Assembly: GCA_026393895.1 (NCBI GenBank)
Contig: JAPKZG010000043.1
Coordinates: forward strand, 7,761-71,760
Direction of reading: 5' to 3'
From: Candidatus Aminicenantes bacterium
GTDB taxonomy: Bacteria > Acidobacteriota > Aminicenantia > Aminicenantales > UBA4085
DNA length: 64,000 bases
Below, in pieces: positions 20,181 through 30,693 of the stretch. Position numbers and translations under genes: made by a program. Position 1 is the stretch's first letter; each line of letters opens with the position of its first letter. Below the pieces are notes generated by a model. It saw nothing but the letters and a program-made list of their open reading frames with translations. It did not search any database and was not told the origin of the DNA.

Positions 20181-21755
20181 ATGACCATCCGCAGCAAGCT
20201 GGCCGTGATCCTGGGCTTTTCGATGCTGATCCTCATCACCCTGGTTCATTTCGTCGGGCATACGGTTCTGAAAAACCGGGTCACCGGCCAAGAACAAATC
20301 GCCATCGGTGAAGACATCGAGCGCGTCGTCACTTTTTTCGAGGACGAGCAGGACGGATTCAAAATCTTCACCAACGCCAGTTCCTTCTGGGCCGATGCCT
20401 CCGGAATTCTCGCGCCGGCGCGGGACGATCGGATCGATTCCAAGAGGATCGCGTCGATCTTCATCGTCAACCAGTGCGACATCATCGCCTTCGCGGACGC
20501 GGCCGGACAAGTCGTCCAAGGTCGGGCGTTCGATCGGAGGAACGGGCAGGAAACGCTTCTCCCGACCGATTTTCAAGCCCGGCTCCTCACGGCAAAGACC
20601 TGGCAGGAACGTTTTCCTTCCGAAGACCTCGTCGGGGTCATCACCTTCGATAAAACCCCCTACATAATCGTGATCCATCCGACCCTGAAACAATGGCACT
20701 TGAATCTCGGCGACGGGGTCCTGGTCTTGGGGAAAAGAATCGACGGCAGTTTCATCGAACGCTTGAGCAAGATCACCAACCTTCCCTTGAAACGGCGCCC
20801 CACGATGAAAACGGGCCTTCCCGAGGACGTCAAGCGATCGTTGGAGGTCGGCACGGAAAAATATACCACGGCCGTTCAAATCATCTCCAAGAATGCGATC
20901 GCCGGCCTTGTCCAGGTCAGGGACCCGGACCACCAACCGGCCCTGGTGATGTCCTTCGAAATCCCCCGGCTCCTCTACACCCAGTTCAGCCGGAGCTGGA
21001 CGTTGTTCACCGGAGTTTTCGTCGGCGCCGCCATTCTCATTATGATCCTGAGCGCGCTGTTGATCGAAAAAATGGCCATCGCCCGACTCTCGAAGCTGGC
21101 CGCCTTCGTCAAAACGATCGATTCGAACGCTGACCTCCCCTCCCGGGTGCCCGTTGAGGGCGGGGACGAGATTTCCGGCCTGGCCGTATCGATCAACGGG
21201 ATGCTCGAATCCCTGCATAACTTCAATATGGAACGGCACGACCTCATCCAGCGCCTCGAATCGGACTCCCTGGAGGATGCGTTGACCGGGCTTTACAACC
21301 GGCGGGGATTCCTGACGATCGGGAAGGAATACCTGAACCTCTCCGCCCGGAACAAATCCCGGATGCACCTGCTCTTCCTGGACATGGACAACCTCAAGCT
21401 AATCAACGACACGTTCGGTCATGCCACGGGCGATGAAGCCATCATCCGGTCCGCCGAGATCATCAAATCGGTCTTCCGCGGGTCCGACGTGAAGAGCCGG
21501 CTGGGAGGGGACGAATTCGCCGTCTTCCCGATCGCCTCGTCCTCCCAGGGGCTCAAATCGGCCCTCAATCGGTTCCACGAAAAAATTGCGGAATTCAACC
21601 GGTCCGGAATCTGCCCGTTCACGCTCTCCTTCAGCGCCGGGGTTGCCGGATACGATCCCGAAAACCCGTCGACCATCGATGAGCTGCTGGCTCGGGCGGA
21701 CAAACGGATGTACGAGGATAAGCGCCGGAAGGCCAACGGATCCTCCCGCGGCTGA
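20181..21755 (+). CDS. sensor diguanylate cyclase (N-terminal TM, periplasmic sensor domain, second TM, GGDEF domain)
   Basis: RLGGDEFAVF active site, LTGLYNRRGF upstream; promoter-like TTGACA-17-TTATTT at ~20085-20115. Confidence 0.85.
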   Translation: MTIRSKLAVILGFSMLILITLVHFVGHTVLKNRVTGQEQIAIGEDIERVVTFFEDEQDGFKIFTNASSFWADASGILAPARDDRIDSKRIASIFIVNQCDIIAFADAAGQVVQGRAFDRRNGQETLLPTDFQARLLTAKTWQERFPSEDLVGVITFDKTPYIIVIHPTLKQWHLNLGDGVLVLGKRIDGSFIERLSKITNLPLKRRPTMKTGLPEDVKRSLEVGTEKYTTAVQIISKNAIAGLVQVRDPDHQPALVMSFEIPRLLYTQFSRSWTLFTGVFVGAAILIMILSALLIEKMAIARLSKLAAFVKTIDSNADLPSRVPVEGGDEISGLAVSINGMLESLHNFNMERHDLIQRLESDSLEDALTGLYNRRGFLTIGKEYLNLSARNKSRMHLLFLDMDNLKLINDTFGHATGDEAIIRSAEIIKSVFRGSDVKSRLGGDEFAVFPIASSSQGLKSALNRFHEKIAEFNRSGICPFTLSFSAGVAGYDPENPSTIDELLARADKRMYEDKRRKANGSSRG

Positions 21756-21841
21756 CTCCTTCTCCCCTTGAAAGAAAGGCCGGGACGGGTTATGATAAGC
21801 GGCGTTTTCCGGGGCGAGCGAGATTTTTTTGGAACGATGAG

Positions 21842-23983
21842 GTGTCTTTGAATCATTCGAACGGCCACACGCAAACATCCGTCCTCACCGCCGGTTTGAA
21901 CCGGCTCGCCCGCAATCTCTGGTGGACGTGGAACCAGGACGCCCAGGCGATCTACGAGGAATTGTCCCCGCACGCCTGGAGGTATTTTCAACACAACCCC
22001 GTCGAGATCATGCACGAAGTCTCTCCGACCGAGCTCCGGGTCCGGCTGCAGGACTCCGTTTTCGAAGCCAAGGTCCGGTCCGTTCTCGAGTCGTTCGAAT
22101 CCTACATGTCCGACGAGCGGACATGGGGGGCCGCAAACGCAGCCGCCCTCCGGGACCGGCCCGTCGCCTATTTCAGCGCCGAGTACGGTTTTCACGAATC
22201 CCTGCCCATCGCCGCCGGGGGCCTGGGCATCCTTTCGGCGGATCACGCAAAATCGGCTTCCGATCTCGGCCTCGGATTCGTCGGCATCGGCCTGTTTTAC
22301 CGCGAAGGTTACTTCCGTCAATCCATCAACCACGAAAACTGGCAGATCGAGGCCAACGCGCTCCTTGACCCCCGGAGGCTGCCTCTCGACCCCGTTCTCG
22401 ACGAAAGCGGCAATACCATCATCGCCTCTCTGTCACTGGCCCTCGGTTCGATCACGTTCCGGGCCTGGCGCCTTAACGTCGGCCGCGTTCCCCTCTACCT
22501 GATCGATACCGATCTTCCGGAAAACGACACGCCCGTCCGGGACCTGACCCGCCACGTTTACGGCGGCGACAGCTCCAACCGGATCATGCAGGAACTTTTG
22601 TTGGGCATAGGCGGTGTGCGTCTTCTGCGAACGATGGGGATCGATCCTTCCGTTTTCCACATGAACGAAGGGCACGCGGCGTTTTTAGCATGGGAGCTCC
22701 TCCGGGAAAAAATGGCCGCCGGGATGACCTTCGAAGACGCCCTGGCCGCCACCCGGGAGGAATGCGTTTTTACGACGCACACCCCCCTCGACGCCGGCCA
22801 CGACCGGTTCGGCGTGGATCTTCTGGAATACGCGGCTTCGAAATACCTCAAGGCATTCAAACAATGCCGGAAACAAATCATCGGCCTGGGCCGGGTCAAT
22901 CCCTCCGATGACAAGGAAACGTTCTGCATGACCGTCCTGGCCTTGAAAACCGCCCGGGCGGCTAACGGCGTAAGCGAGCTTCACGGCCGCGTCAGCCGGT
23001 CCATGTGGCGCGCCCTTTGGCCGGACCGGGCCGAGGACGACATTCCCATCGGCCATATCACCAACGGCGTTCATCTTCTTTCCTGGATGACGCCGACAAC
23101 CTGGCGGTTCTGGAAGCGCCGGGGCGGGGACGATTGGCCGGGGCAGGCCGATTCCCCGGAATTCTGGGCGAAAGCCGAAAATTCCGCCTTTTTTTCCGAC
23201 GAAGAACTCTGGGCCCTCCGCTATGTCCTGCGGCGGAAGTTGATTGAATTCTGCCGTCACCGGCTCTATATCCAAAGCCGTCGATTCGGACCGGGGGAAT
23301 ATCTCCCCTCCGACATGCTCCTCGACCCGGAGGCGCTGACGATCGGCTTCGGCCGCCGGGCCGCCGCCTACAAACGCATGACGCTCCTTTTCCGCGACCT
23401 GGACGCGATCGTCGAATTGGCCAAGGACGCCCAGCGGCCCATCCAATTTATTTTTTCCGGCAAGGCCCATCCCCGGGATGACGAGGGCAAACGCCTCATC
23501 CAAAAAATCATCCACCTCAGCGAGCATTCGCCGCTCTCGGGTTCCCTGGTTTTTCTTGAAAACTTCGACGTCGAAGTCGCCCGGGCGATGATCTCGGGAT
23601 GCGACGTCTGGCTTAACAATCCCCGCCGGCCGCTGGAAGCATCCGGAACAAGCGGCATGAAGGGCGCGGCCCACGGTTCCCTGAACCTGAGCGTCATGGA
23701 CGGCTGGTGGCGCGAAGCCTACGACGGAAACAACGGGTTTGCCATCGGCGACGATTCGAACCCGTCGGACCCCGAGGAGCAGGACCGCCTCGACGCCGAA
23801 AATCTTCTCCGCGTTTTGGCGGAGGAAGTCATCCCGACGTTCTATGACCGGGACTCCGCCGGACTCCCCCGCCACTGGATCCGGATGATCCGCCGGGCGA
23901 TGGCCGGCCTCGGCCCGCGGTTCAACACCCGCCGGATGGTTCAGGAATACGTCGAAAAGATCTACCTGCCCCGTTCCTCCTGA
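21842..23983 (+). CDS. glgP: alpha-glucan phosphorylase (GT35, GlgP family)
   Basis: 713 aa; TTHTPLDAGHDRF, FSGKAHPRDDEGKRLIQ, GTSGMKGAAHG (PLP lysine region); GTG start as given by ORF track. Confidence 0.85.
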   Translation: MSLNHSNGHTQTSVLTAGLNRLARNLWWTWNQDAQAIYEELSPHAWRYFQHNPVEIMHEVSPTELRVRLQDSVFEAKVRSVLESFESYMSDERTWGAANAAALRDRPVAYFSAEYGFHESLPIAAGGLGILSADHAKSASDLGLGFVGIGLFYREGYFRQSINHENWQIEANALLDPRRLPLDPVLDESGNTIIASLSLALGSITFRAWRLNVGRVPLYLIDTDLPENDTPVRDLTRHVYGGDSSNRIMQELLLGIGGVRLLRTMGIDPSVFHMNEGHAAFLAWELLREKMAAGMTFEDALAATREECVFTTHTPLDAGHDRFGVDLLEYAASKYLKAFKQCRKQIIGLGRVNPSDDKETFCMTVLALKTARAANGVSELHGRVSRSMWRALWPDRAEDDIPIGHITNGVHLLSWMTPTTWRFWKRRGGDDWPGQADSPEFWAKAENSAFFSDEELWALRYVLRRKLIEFCRHRLYIQSRRFGPGEYLPSDMLLDPEALTIGFGRRAAAYKRMTLLFRDLDAIVELAKDAQRPIQFIFSGKAHPRDDEGKRLIQKIIHLSEHSPLSGSLVFLENFDVEVARAMISGCDVWLNNPRRPLEASGTSGMKGAAHGSLNLSVMDGWWREAYDGNNGFAIGDDSNPSDPEEQDRLDAENLLRVLAEEVIPTFYDRDSAGLPRHWIRMIRRAMAGLGPRFNTRRMVQEYVEKIYLPRSS

Positions 23984-24099
23984 TTCCCGGGGAAAAAGGG
24001 AAGAAATTCGAAACCCGACGTCTAAAACGTGATGTTGAGTTATACCTTGAACGATCCCCTCTCTGAAGGTATTCTATTCTCCTCTCTGGAGAGAATCCG

Positions 24100-25446
24100 A
24101 TGAAAAAACTCTTGATTCCGGGCGGAACGATTCGCCTGCTGTCCGGATTTTTGACGCTCGCCGCCCTCCTGCTCCCCGCAGTTCTCGCCGCCCAGGAACC
24201 CGCTCTCACCCTCGAGGAAGCCGTGAAGATGGCCCTCCGGATGAACGAACGGGCGATCTCGGCGGGCGAAGAGTTAACCGCGGCCCAGGCCCGGGTCGCC
24301 CAGGCGCGGGCCGCGTTTTTGCCGTCTTTCATCGCCTCCACAACGTACACCCGCCGGCCGTTTGAAGTCACCCGCCAAATCGGCAACACGTCCATGGTCA
24401 TCCAAAGCTTCAACGCCCTTTCCGGCACGGGTACGCTCAACCTGACACTCTTCAACGCCGCCAACATCCCCACCTTCAACTATTACAAAGCCGGCCGGAC
24501 CGCCCAGGAATTCGCTTCGGCCGAGAGCCGCCGGCAATTGTCGTTCGAAGTCGGGCAGGCCTTTCTCACGGCCCTGAGCACGATGCAAGTTCTGGAAGCC
24601 TCGAAGCACCGCTACAATTACGCCCGCCAGAATCTCGAGGCCGCTAAAGCCCGGTACGACGCCGGCCTCGTCTCCGTCAACGACGTCACCCGGGTAGAGC
24701 TCGAACTCGCCTCGGCCGAGATGTCGGTGATTCAAGGACAGGGTCAGACGGAAACGACGATCCTCCAATTCGGAAACCTCTTGAACGATCCGGACGTCGC
24801 GAAAAAAACCCTTATCGCCCCCGAATTTCTGATCGCCGCCGATTCGAGCCGGTTCGATGATATCGAATCCATGATCGGAGAGGCGCAAATCCGCCGTCTG
24901 GACCTTAACGCCCTCCGCTGGGAAGCCAAGGCCCAACAGGCGCTCATTCTCCAATCGACACTCGCCTGGTTCCCCTCGCTGTCCTTCGCCACGAGAGTCA
25001 CTTATACCAACGAAGCCGGGCTCACCGGCCGGAACTGGAACTGGAACCTCGGCCTGACTCTCTCCTGGTCGATCTTCGACGGGTTGTTCCGCAACGCCCA
25101 ATACCGGGAACTGAACGCCCTGGCTAAGATCGCCGATTTGGACGTCCAAGCCGCCTTGCGCGGCGTCGAAGTCGACGTCCGGCAAGCCCGGGTTTCCCTG
25201 GCCAGCCAGAAGGCCGCTTTGAAGCAGGCCGAGGTCGCCCTGGACGTGGCTAAAAAAAACGCGCATGAAACGTCCGAATTGTACCGCCAGGGGTTGGCGA
25301 CCGCGCTCGAAGTCGCCGACGCCACCGTCAGCTTGTTCGAAGCCGAAGTCGCTCAAGTCCGCCAACGATTCAACCTGGGGATATCATTCCTCAACCTCGA
25401 AGCCGCTCTCGGCCTCGATCCGTTTGGAAAGGAGCCGGTCCGTTGA
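24100..25446 (+). CDS. outer-membrane efflux protein (TolC-like OMF)
   Basis: signal peptide; two OEP repeats; 4-bp overlap with downstream MFP gene. Confidence 0.8.
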   Translation: MKKLLIPGGTIRLLSGFLTLAALLLPAVLAAQEPALTLEEAVKMALRMNERAISAGEELTAAQARVAQARAAFLPSFIASTTYTRRPFEVTRQIGNTSMVIQSFNALSGTGTLNLTLFNAANIPTFNYYKAGRTAQEFASAESRRQLSFEVGQAFLTALSTMQVLEASKHRYNYARQNLEAAKARYDAGLVSVNDVTRVELELASAEMSVIQGQGQTETTILQFGNLLNDPDVAKKTLIAPEFLIAADSSRFDDIESMIGEAQIRRLDLNALRWEAKAQQALILQSTLAWFPSLSFATRVTYTNEAGLTGRNWNWNLGLTLSWSIFDGLFRNAQYRELNALAKIADLDVQAALRGVEVDVRQARVSLASQKAALKQAEVALDVAKKNAHETSELYRQGLATALEVADATVSLFEAEVAQVRQRFNLGISFLNLEAALGLDPFGKEPVR

Positions 25447-26618
25447 AACGCAAATCATTTTTATCCATTCTTCTCGCCCTATCGCTCCTGGCCGTCGCCG
25501 GATGTAAAAAAAGCCCGGATTCGTCCCGCGCCGCGGGGGGATCAGCTTCCTCGAGAACCGGACGTTCGGGTCAGCCGATCGAGTTCCCGGTCGAGGTCGA
25601 ACCCGTCCAAACCCAGTCCCTGGTGTATTCCGTAAACGCGGTCGGCTCGGTCGAGGCGTATGAAAAAGTCCAGGTCACGGCCCGAGTCCCCGGAGCCGTC
25701 GACCGGGTTCTTTTCACCGAAGGCAGTTTCGCCCAGGTCGGACAGGTCCTGGTCGAAATCGAAACGGAACGGTACAAACTGGCGTTGGAGATAGCCGAAG
25801 CCGCGGCCGCCAAAGCCCTAGCCTCGAAAGCCGACGCCGAAGCCGGCCTCAAGCGTCGCGAGACGGTCATCGCCCAGACCCCCGGCTTGATTCCGGGGGA
25901 AGAAGTGGAAACGTGGAAAACGAAAGTATTGTTGGCCGCCTCGGACGTAGCCCAGGCGAAGTCCGCCCTCAATACGGCCCAATTAAACCTGCGCGACGCT
26001 TACGTCCGGGCGCCTTTTTCCGGGATCATCCAGACCCGGACGGTCCAAACCGGACAATATGTCCAAACCGGGACGGTCCTGGCGACTTTGGTCCGCCGCG
26101 ATCCGCTCCTCATCCGTTTTTCCGTCCCTGAACGGGAGGCCGCCCGGATCCGTCCGGGGATGACGGCCCTGTTCAAGGTTCGGGATGACGACCGGGAATT
26201 CAAATCGCGGATCATCCACGTGGCCGAAGCGGCCGACGAAAACAGCCGCCTCGTGGATCTTACCGCCCAGGTCGATGATTCCCACGAACGCGATCTCCGG
26301 CCCGGAACCTTCGCCGAAATCACCGTCCCGATCACGACGAAGGACCAGGCCCTCGTCATCAGGCAAATCGCCGTCCGGCCCAGCGAAAGGGGCTTCGTCG
26401 CCTATGTCGTCGAAAACGGCAAGGCCGTGGAAAAAATCCTCATGTTGGGCATGCGGACGGCCGACGGGCATATCGAAGTCCTGTCCGGCCTCCGGGCCGG
26501 GGAGGCACTGGTCGTCCGCGGGGCCGAAGCGCTGCGCGTCGGCGCTCCCGTCAAGGTCAGCCCGGCGTCCCCCGCCGGGGCTCCGACCAAGGCGCCCGCC
26601 GAATCTCCGCTCCGCTGA
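25443..26618 (+). CDS. efflux RND transporter periplasmic adaptor subunit (HlyD/MFP family)
   Basis: lipoprotein signal (LAVAGC), biotinyl/lipoyl-like and beta-barrel MFP motifs (LRDAYVRAPFSGII). Confidence 0.85.
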   Translation: MKRKSFLSILLALSLLAVAGCKKSPDSSRAAGGSASSRTGRSGQPIEFPVEVEPVQTQSLVYSVNAVGSVEAYEKVQVTARVPGAVDRVLFTEGSFAQVGQVLVEIETERYKLALEIAEAAAAKALASKADAEAGLKRRETVIAQTPGLIPGEEVETWKTKVLLAASDVAQAKSALNTAQLNLRDAYVRAPFSGIIQTRTVQTGQYVQTGTVLATLVRRDPLLIRFSVPEREAARIRPGMTALFKVRDDDREFKSRIIHVAEAADENSRLVDLTAQVDDSHERDLRPGTFAEITVPITTKDQALVIRQIAVRPSERGFVAYVVENGKAVEKILMLGMRTADGHIEVLSGLRAGEALVVRGAEALRVGAPVKVSPASPAGAPTKAPAESPLR

Positions 26619-26651
26619 CCTTATTCCGGCCCTCCGGCAAGGAGATCTTTG

Positions 26652-29600
26652 ATGAATCTGACCGAAGTTTGCGTTCGCAAGCCCGTCCTGGCCTGGATGC
26701 TCATGACCGCGACGATCGTGTTCGGCATCGTCGCCGGAACGCGGATCGGGATCAGCCAGTTCCCGGACGTCGATTTCCCGACGATCACGGTTTCTGTGTC
26801 CTGGGCCGGGGCGGCTCCGGAAGTCATTGAAAACGACGTCGTCGAATTGCTCGAAGAGTCGCTCATGCAGGTCGAAGGGATCCGGACGATCACCTCGACC
26901 TCCCGGCAGGGCGCGGCCTCCGTGACCCTGGAGATCGAGATGAGCCGCGGAATCGACCTGGCCATGCAGGAAGTCCAGGCGAAAGTTTCCCAAATCCAGC
27001 GGCGCCTCCCTCAGGACATCGACCCGCCAACGATCTCGAAAAACAACCCCGAAGACCAGCCGATCCTGATGGCGTCCCTTTCGGGCGCCTTCCCCCAAAG
27101 GGTTTTAAGCGATTACGTCAATTACAACATGAAGGAAAAACTCCAGACCATCCCGGGGGTCGGAGAGATTTCCTTCATGGGAGCGTTGAGCCGCAACGTC
27201 CGCATCTGGCTCGACGCCGCTCAACTCGACGAAAAAGGGCTGACGGTCCAGGACGTCATCTCCGCCCTTCGGCGCGAGCACGTCGAACTCCCGGCCGGCC
27301 GCCTCGAAACCCCGGGCCGCGAAGTCAACGTCCGCGTGCTCGGCGAAGCGCTCGATCTGGAGACGCTCCGCGGCATCGTCGTCAGCAAGGTCAACGGGAA
27401 TCCGATCTATATCAGCGACGTCGCCCTCGTCGAAGACGGCTTCGAAGACGCCCGACGGTTGGCCCGGGTCAACGGCGTTCCGGCCCAGGGCATCAGCATC
27501 AAGAAGCAGCGGGGGGCCAACGCCGTCGCCGTGGCCAAGGCCGCGCGGAAGGCGCTCGCCGATTTCGAAGCGACCCTCCCGGAAGGCATGGCCGTCAACA
27601 TCAACTTCGACACCACGGAATTCATCAAGAATTCGGTCAACGAAATCCAGTTCGAGCTCGTCCTCTCGGTTCTTCTGACGGCCCTGGTTTGCTGGATGTT
27701 TCTCGGCTCCCTTTCCAGTACGCTCAACGTCATCCTGGCCATCCCGATGTCGCTCCTGGGAACGGTGGCCATCATCTATTTCCTCGGCTTCACCTTCAAC
27801 ACGTTCACCCTGCTCGGCCTGGCCCTGGCCGTCGGCATCGTCGTCGATGACGCCATCATGGTCATGGAAAATATCTTTCGACACCGGGAGGGCGGGAAAG
27901 CCCTCGTTCCCGCCGCTCTCGAGGGAACTCATGAAATCGCCTTCGCCGCCCTGGCCGCCACGCTCGCGGTCGTGGCGATTTTCATCCCAGTCGTTTTCAT
28001 GAAGGGCGTTATCGGCAAGTTCTTCCTTCAGTTTGGGATCACTCTCTGTCTGGCCGTTCTCTTGTCCTACATCGAAGCCGTCACCCTCGCCCCCGCCCGC
28101 TGCGCCCAATTTTTAAAAACCGGCCGGGAGGGGCGTAACCGGGTCGGCCTCTGGGTCGACCGGTCCTTCCGGAAACTCGAACGGGGCTACGCCGCGGCCT
28201 TGAAGAGAACCCTCAAGCGTCCGGGATTGATTTTAATCGCCGGAGCCGTCTTGTTCGCGGCTGCGCTGGTCGTTCTCTATCTTCTGCCGAGCGAATTCGT
28301 TCCGTCCCAGGATTTGAGCCGGATGGCGATCCGACTGCAAATGGCCGTCGGGTCCGACATTACCGAAGCTGGCAACCTTCTTGCCAAAGCAGAAAATATG
28401 GTCAACAGCCATCCCGAAGTCCTTCAGGATTTCACCAACATCGGAGGATACGGCGGCGGCGTCAACAGCGGCTTCATGAACGTGACCCTTGTCCCCCCGG
28501 CCAAGCGCAAAATGAACCAGGCGCAGCTTTCAGCCGTCATCCGCCGGGAATTGAATTCGATTCCCGGGCTGCGGGCCGTCATCCAAGACCTCTCCCAACA
28601 GGGATTCACGGCCCAGCGCGGATTTCCCGTGGAGTTCTCCGTCCGGGGTTCCAATTGGGACCAGCTGATCGAATCCAGCCGCGACCTCATGGCGAAACTC
28701 CGGGAGAGCGGCAAGGTGATGGATTTGGACACGGATTACCAGCTCGGCCAGCCCGAACTCCGGGTCACCCCCGACCGGGCCGTATCCGCCGACATCGGTG
28801 TTTCGATGAACGACGTCGCCACCGCTCTGAACGCCCTTGTCGGAGGAATCAGGGTCGGGAAATACAGCTCGGGCGGACGCCGCGTCGACGTCCAATTGAA
28901 GCTCCTGGCCGCTCAACGGACACGGCCGGAGGATCTGGCCCGGCTCCGGGTCCGCTCGCAATCCGGGCAAATGATTCCGCTATCCTCCCTTGTTAAAACC
29001 GAAGAACGTCCCGCGTTGCAGGCGATCACGCGACGCGATCGGGAGCGGGCGATCAGCATCTACGCCAACGTCGCCCCGGGCTCCTCCCAGCAGGACGCGA
29101 TCCGCTACGTCCAGAGCTTGGGGAAGAACGTTCCGGCCGGAACCCGCATTGTCCTCGGCGGCGCCAGCGTGGCCTTCCGAGACTCGATGAGCAGTCTGAT
29201 CTTCGCCATGTTTCTGGGCATCTCGATCGCCTATATGATCCTGGCCTCGCAGTTCAATTCCTTCAAAGATCCGATCACCATCATCACCATCCTCCCGCTG
29301 TCGATCGCCGGCGCCGCGTTCGCCCTGCTGGTCACCGGCAAGTCCTTGAACATTTTCAGCATGATCGGCCTACTGCTCCTGATGGGGATCGTCAAGAAAA
29401 ATTCGATCATTCTCGTCGATTACGCCAACGCTTTTAAAAACCGGGGATTCGGGCCGAAGGAATCGATGGAAAAGGCCGGGCCGATCCGGTTGCGTCCCAT
29501 CCTGATGACCGCCACGGCGACGATGATGGCGGCCATTCCGCCGGCCCTCGGCCTCGGCCCGGGCTCGGAAATCCGCACACCCATGGCCATCGCCATCATC

Positions 29601-29711
29601 GGCGGATTGGTCCTGTCGACCGCCCTCAGCCTGATCGTCGTCCCCGCGTTCTATGTGGTCGCGGAGGGACGGCGCCATGCGTCCGGAAAAAATAAAAAAA
29701 CGCCGGATTGA
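26652..29711 (+). CDS. efflux RND transporter permease (AcrB/HAE1-like)
   Basis: ~1019 aa; 12 TM architecture; RBS aaggag 7 nt upstream of ATG at 26652 (the ORF track begins at TTG 26649). Confidence 0.9.
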   Translation: MNLTEVCVRKPVLAWMLMTATIVFGIVAGTRIGISQFPDVDFPTITVSVSWAGAAPEVIENDVVELLEESLMQVEGIRTITSTSRQGAASVTLEIEMSRGIDLAMQEVQAKVSQIQRRLPQDIDPPTISKNNPEDQPILMASLSGAFPQRVLSDYVNYNMKEKLQTIPGVGEISFMGALSRNVRIWLDAAQLDEKGLTVQDVISALRREHVELPAGRLETPGREVNVRVLGEALDLETLRGIVVSKVNGNPIYISDVALVEDGFEDARRLARVNGVPAQGISIKKQRGANAVAVAKAARKALADFEATLPEGMAVNINFDTTEFIKNSVNEIQFELVLSVLLTALVCWMFLGSLSSTLNVILAIPMSLLGTVAIIYFLGFTFNTFTLLGLALAVGIVVDDAIMVMENIFRHREGGKALVPAALEGTHEIAFAALAATLAVVAIFIPVVFMKGVIGKFFLQFGITLCLAVLLSYIEAVTLAPARCAQFLKTGREGRNRVGLWVDRSFRKLERGYAAALKRTLKRPGLILIAGAVLFAAALVVLYLLPSEFVPSQDLSRMAIRLQMAVGSDITEAGNLLAKAENMVNSHPEVLQDFTNIGGYGGGVNSGFMNVTLVPPAKRKMNQAQLSAVIRRELNSIPGLRAVIQDLSQQGFTAQRGFPVEFSVRGSNWDQLIESSRDLMAKLRESGKVMDLDTDYQLGQPELRVTPDRAVSADIGVSMNDVATALNALVGGIRVGKYSSGGRRVDVQLKLLAAQRTRPEDLARLRVRSQSGQMIPLSSLVKTEERPALQAITRRDRERAISIYANVAPGSSQQDAIRYVQSLGKNVPAGTRIVLGGASVAFRDSMSSLIFAMFLGISIAYMILASQFNSFKDPITIITILPLSIAGAAFALLVTGKSLNIFSMIGLLLLMGIVKKNSIILVDYANAFKNRGFGPKESMEKAGPIRLRPILMTATATMMAAIPPALGLGPGSEIRTPMAIAIIGGLVLSTALSLIVVPAFYVVAEGRRHASGKNKKTPD

Positions 29712-29799
29712 CAGAGCCGGCGTCTGGACGATCGAACAAGGGACGGACAAAGCCGAAATTCTGGTCGGTTCGACCCGGAACGTACTCGGGGAATAAATC

Positions 29800-30216
29800 T
29801 CAGTCGAGGTTTCGGCCGGTCGCCGACATCGTTAGCGTGCCGTGCTTGACTCCCTGGATCGTCCGGAGCGTTTCGGCCAGTTTCTGAATTTCCGCCGGTT
29901 CACCCTTGACAGCGATGATCTCCAGGCAATGGTCGTGGTCCAGGTGAATGTGAAGGGTGGATAGCACCAGGCGCTGGTAGCCGTGCTGAAGGTCGGTCAG
30001 GCGTCCGAGGAGGTCCTTGCGGTGATGGTCGTAGATGAGGGTCACGGCGCCGGCGACTTCGTCCCCTTCCGTCCATTCCTTCTTGATGAGCTCAGCCCGG
30101 ATCAGGTCGCGCAGGGCGTCGGACCGGCTGGCCCATTTGCGCCGGCGGATGTATTTGTCGAATTTTTCTAGAAGGCCTTTCTCCAGCGATACGCCGAAGC
30201 GGATGAGGTCGCTCAT
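29800..30216 (-). CDS. nikR: nickel-responsive transcriptional regulator NikR
   Basis: 138 aa; N-terminal ribbon-helix-helix (SLEKGLLEKFDKYI), C-terminal metal-binding HIHLDHDHCLEI. Confidence 0.85.
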   Translation of the reverse strand: MSDLIRFGVSLEKGLLEKFDKYIRRRKWASRSDALRDLIRAELIKKEWTEGDEVAGAVTLIYDHHRKDLLGRLTDLQHGYQRLVLSTLHIHLDHDHCLEIIAVKGEPAEIQKLAETLRTIQGVKHGTLTMSATGRNLD

Positions 30217-30246
30217 GTGTTTTCTCCGTAGCCCGTTCCATAATGT

Positions 30247-30360
30247 ACACGGCCTCCTAAATCAGGTCAAACTCAAGTTAAGAGGCCAGTCTTTCACGAC
30301 CCTTGGAAGTCAGGACACGGCCTCCTAAATCAGGTCAAACTCAAGTTAAGAGGCCAGTCC
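30247..30360. repeat. perfect 45-bp tandem duplication (period 68 bp), each unit containing the dyad GGCCTC-N25-GAGGCC
   Basis: acacggcctcctaaatcaggtcaaactcaagttaagaggccagtc at 30247-30291 and 30315-30359. Confidence 0.8.
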
Positions 30361-30515
30361 TACGCCAAGGGCAGGGAGGACTGCCAAGCCTGCAAAGCCT
30401 GGGCACCAGTCCCTTAACAGCTTCTATCGGCGGAGCCGATACCTTGGAGGGGAAGCAGGGCGGGCGGGTATCTCGCCACCCGTTGCCCTCGCCCTAAGAA
30501 GTGGGGAGGACTTAA

Positions 30516-30541
30516 GGGGAACCCGATTTTCAGGGTTCCCC
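30516..30541. repeat. hairpin GGGGAACCC-gattttca-GGGTTCCCC; same stem motif recurs at 45513-45542
   Basis: direct reading of sequence. Confidence 0.6.
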
Positions 30542-30693
30542 GTTAATCTTCGGCCCCCCTCCGCTATGCGGCTTCCGGCCAGTCCTTCACGACCCTTGGG
30601 AGTTAGGAGAGGCCTTCACGTCCATGGGGAGATTCCGCATTCACAAAAAAAAAGCGTTGCGATATTTTGTAGAATCTCCTGGATCACATCCTG

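Noticed and set aside
22685-23875. 396-aa minus-strand ORF
   Set aside because: Antisense to glgP.
24274-25365. 363-aa minus-strand ORF
   Set aside because: Antisense to the TolC-like gene.
30247-30360. Possible CRISPR array (tandem repeats)
   Set aside because: Only two copies, unequal spacer-like segments, no further repeats and no cas genes; better explained as a duplicated regulatory/repeat element.
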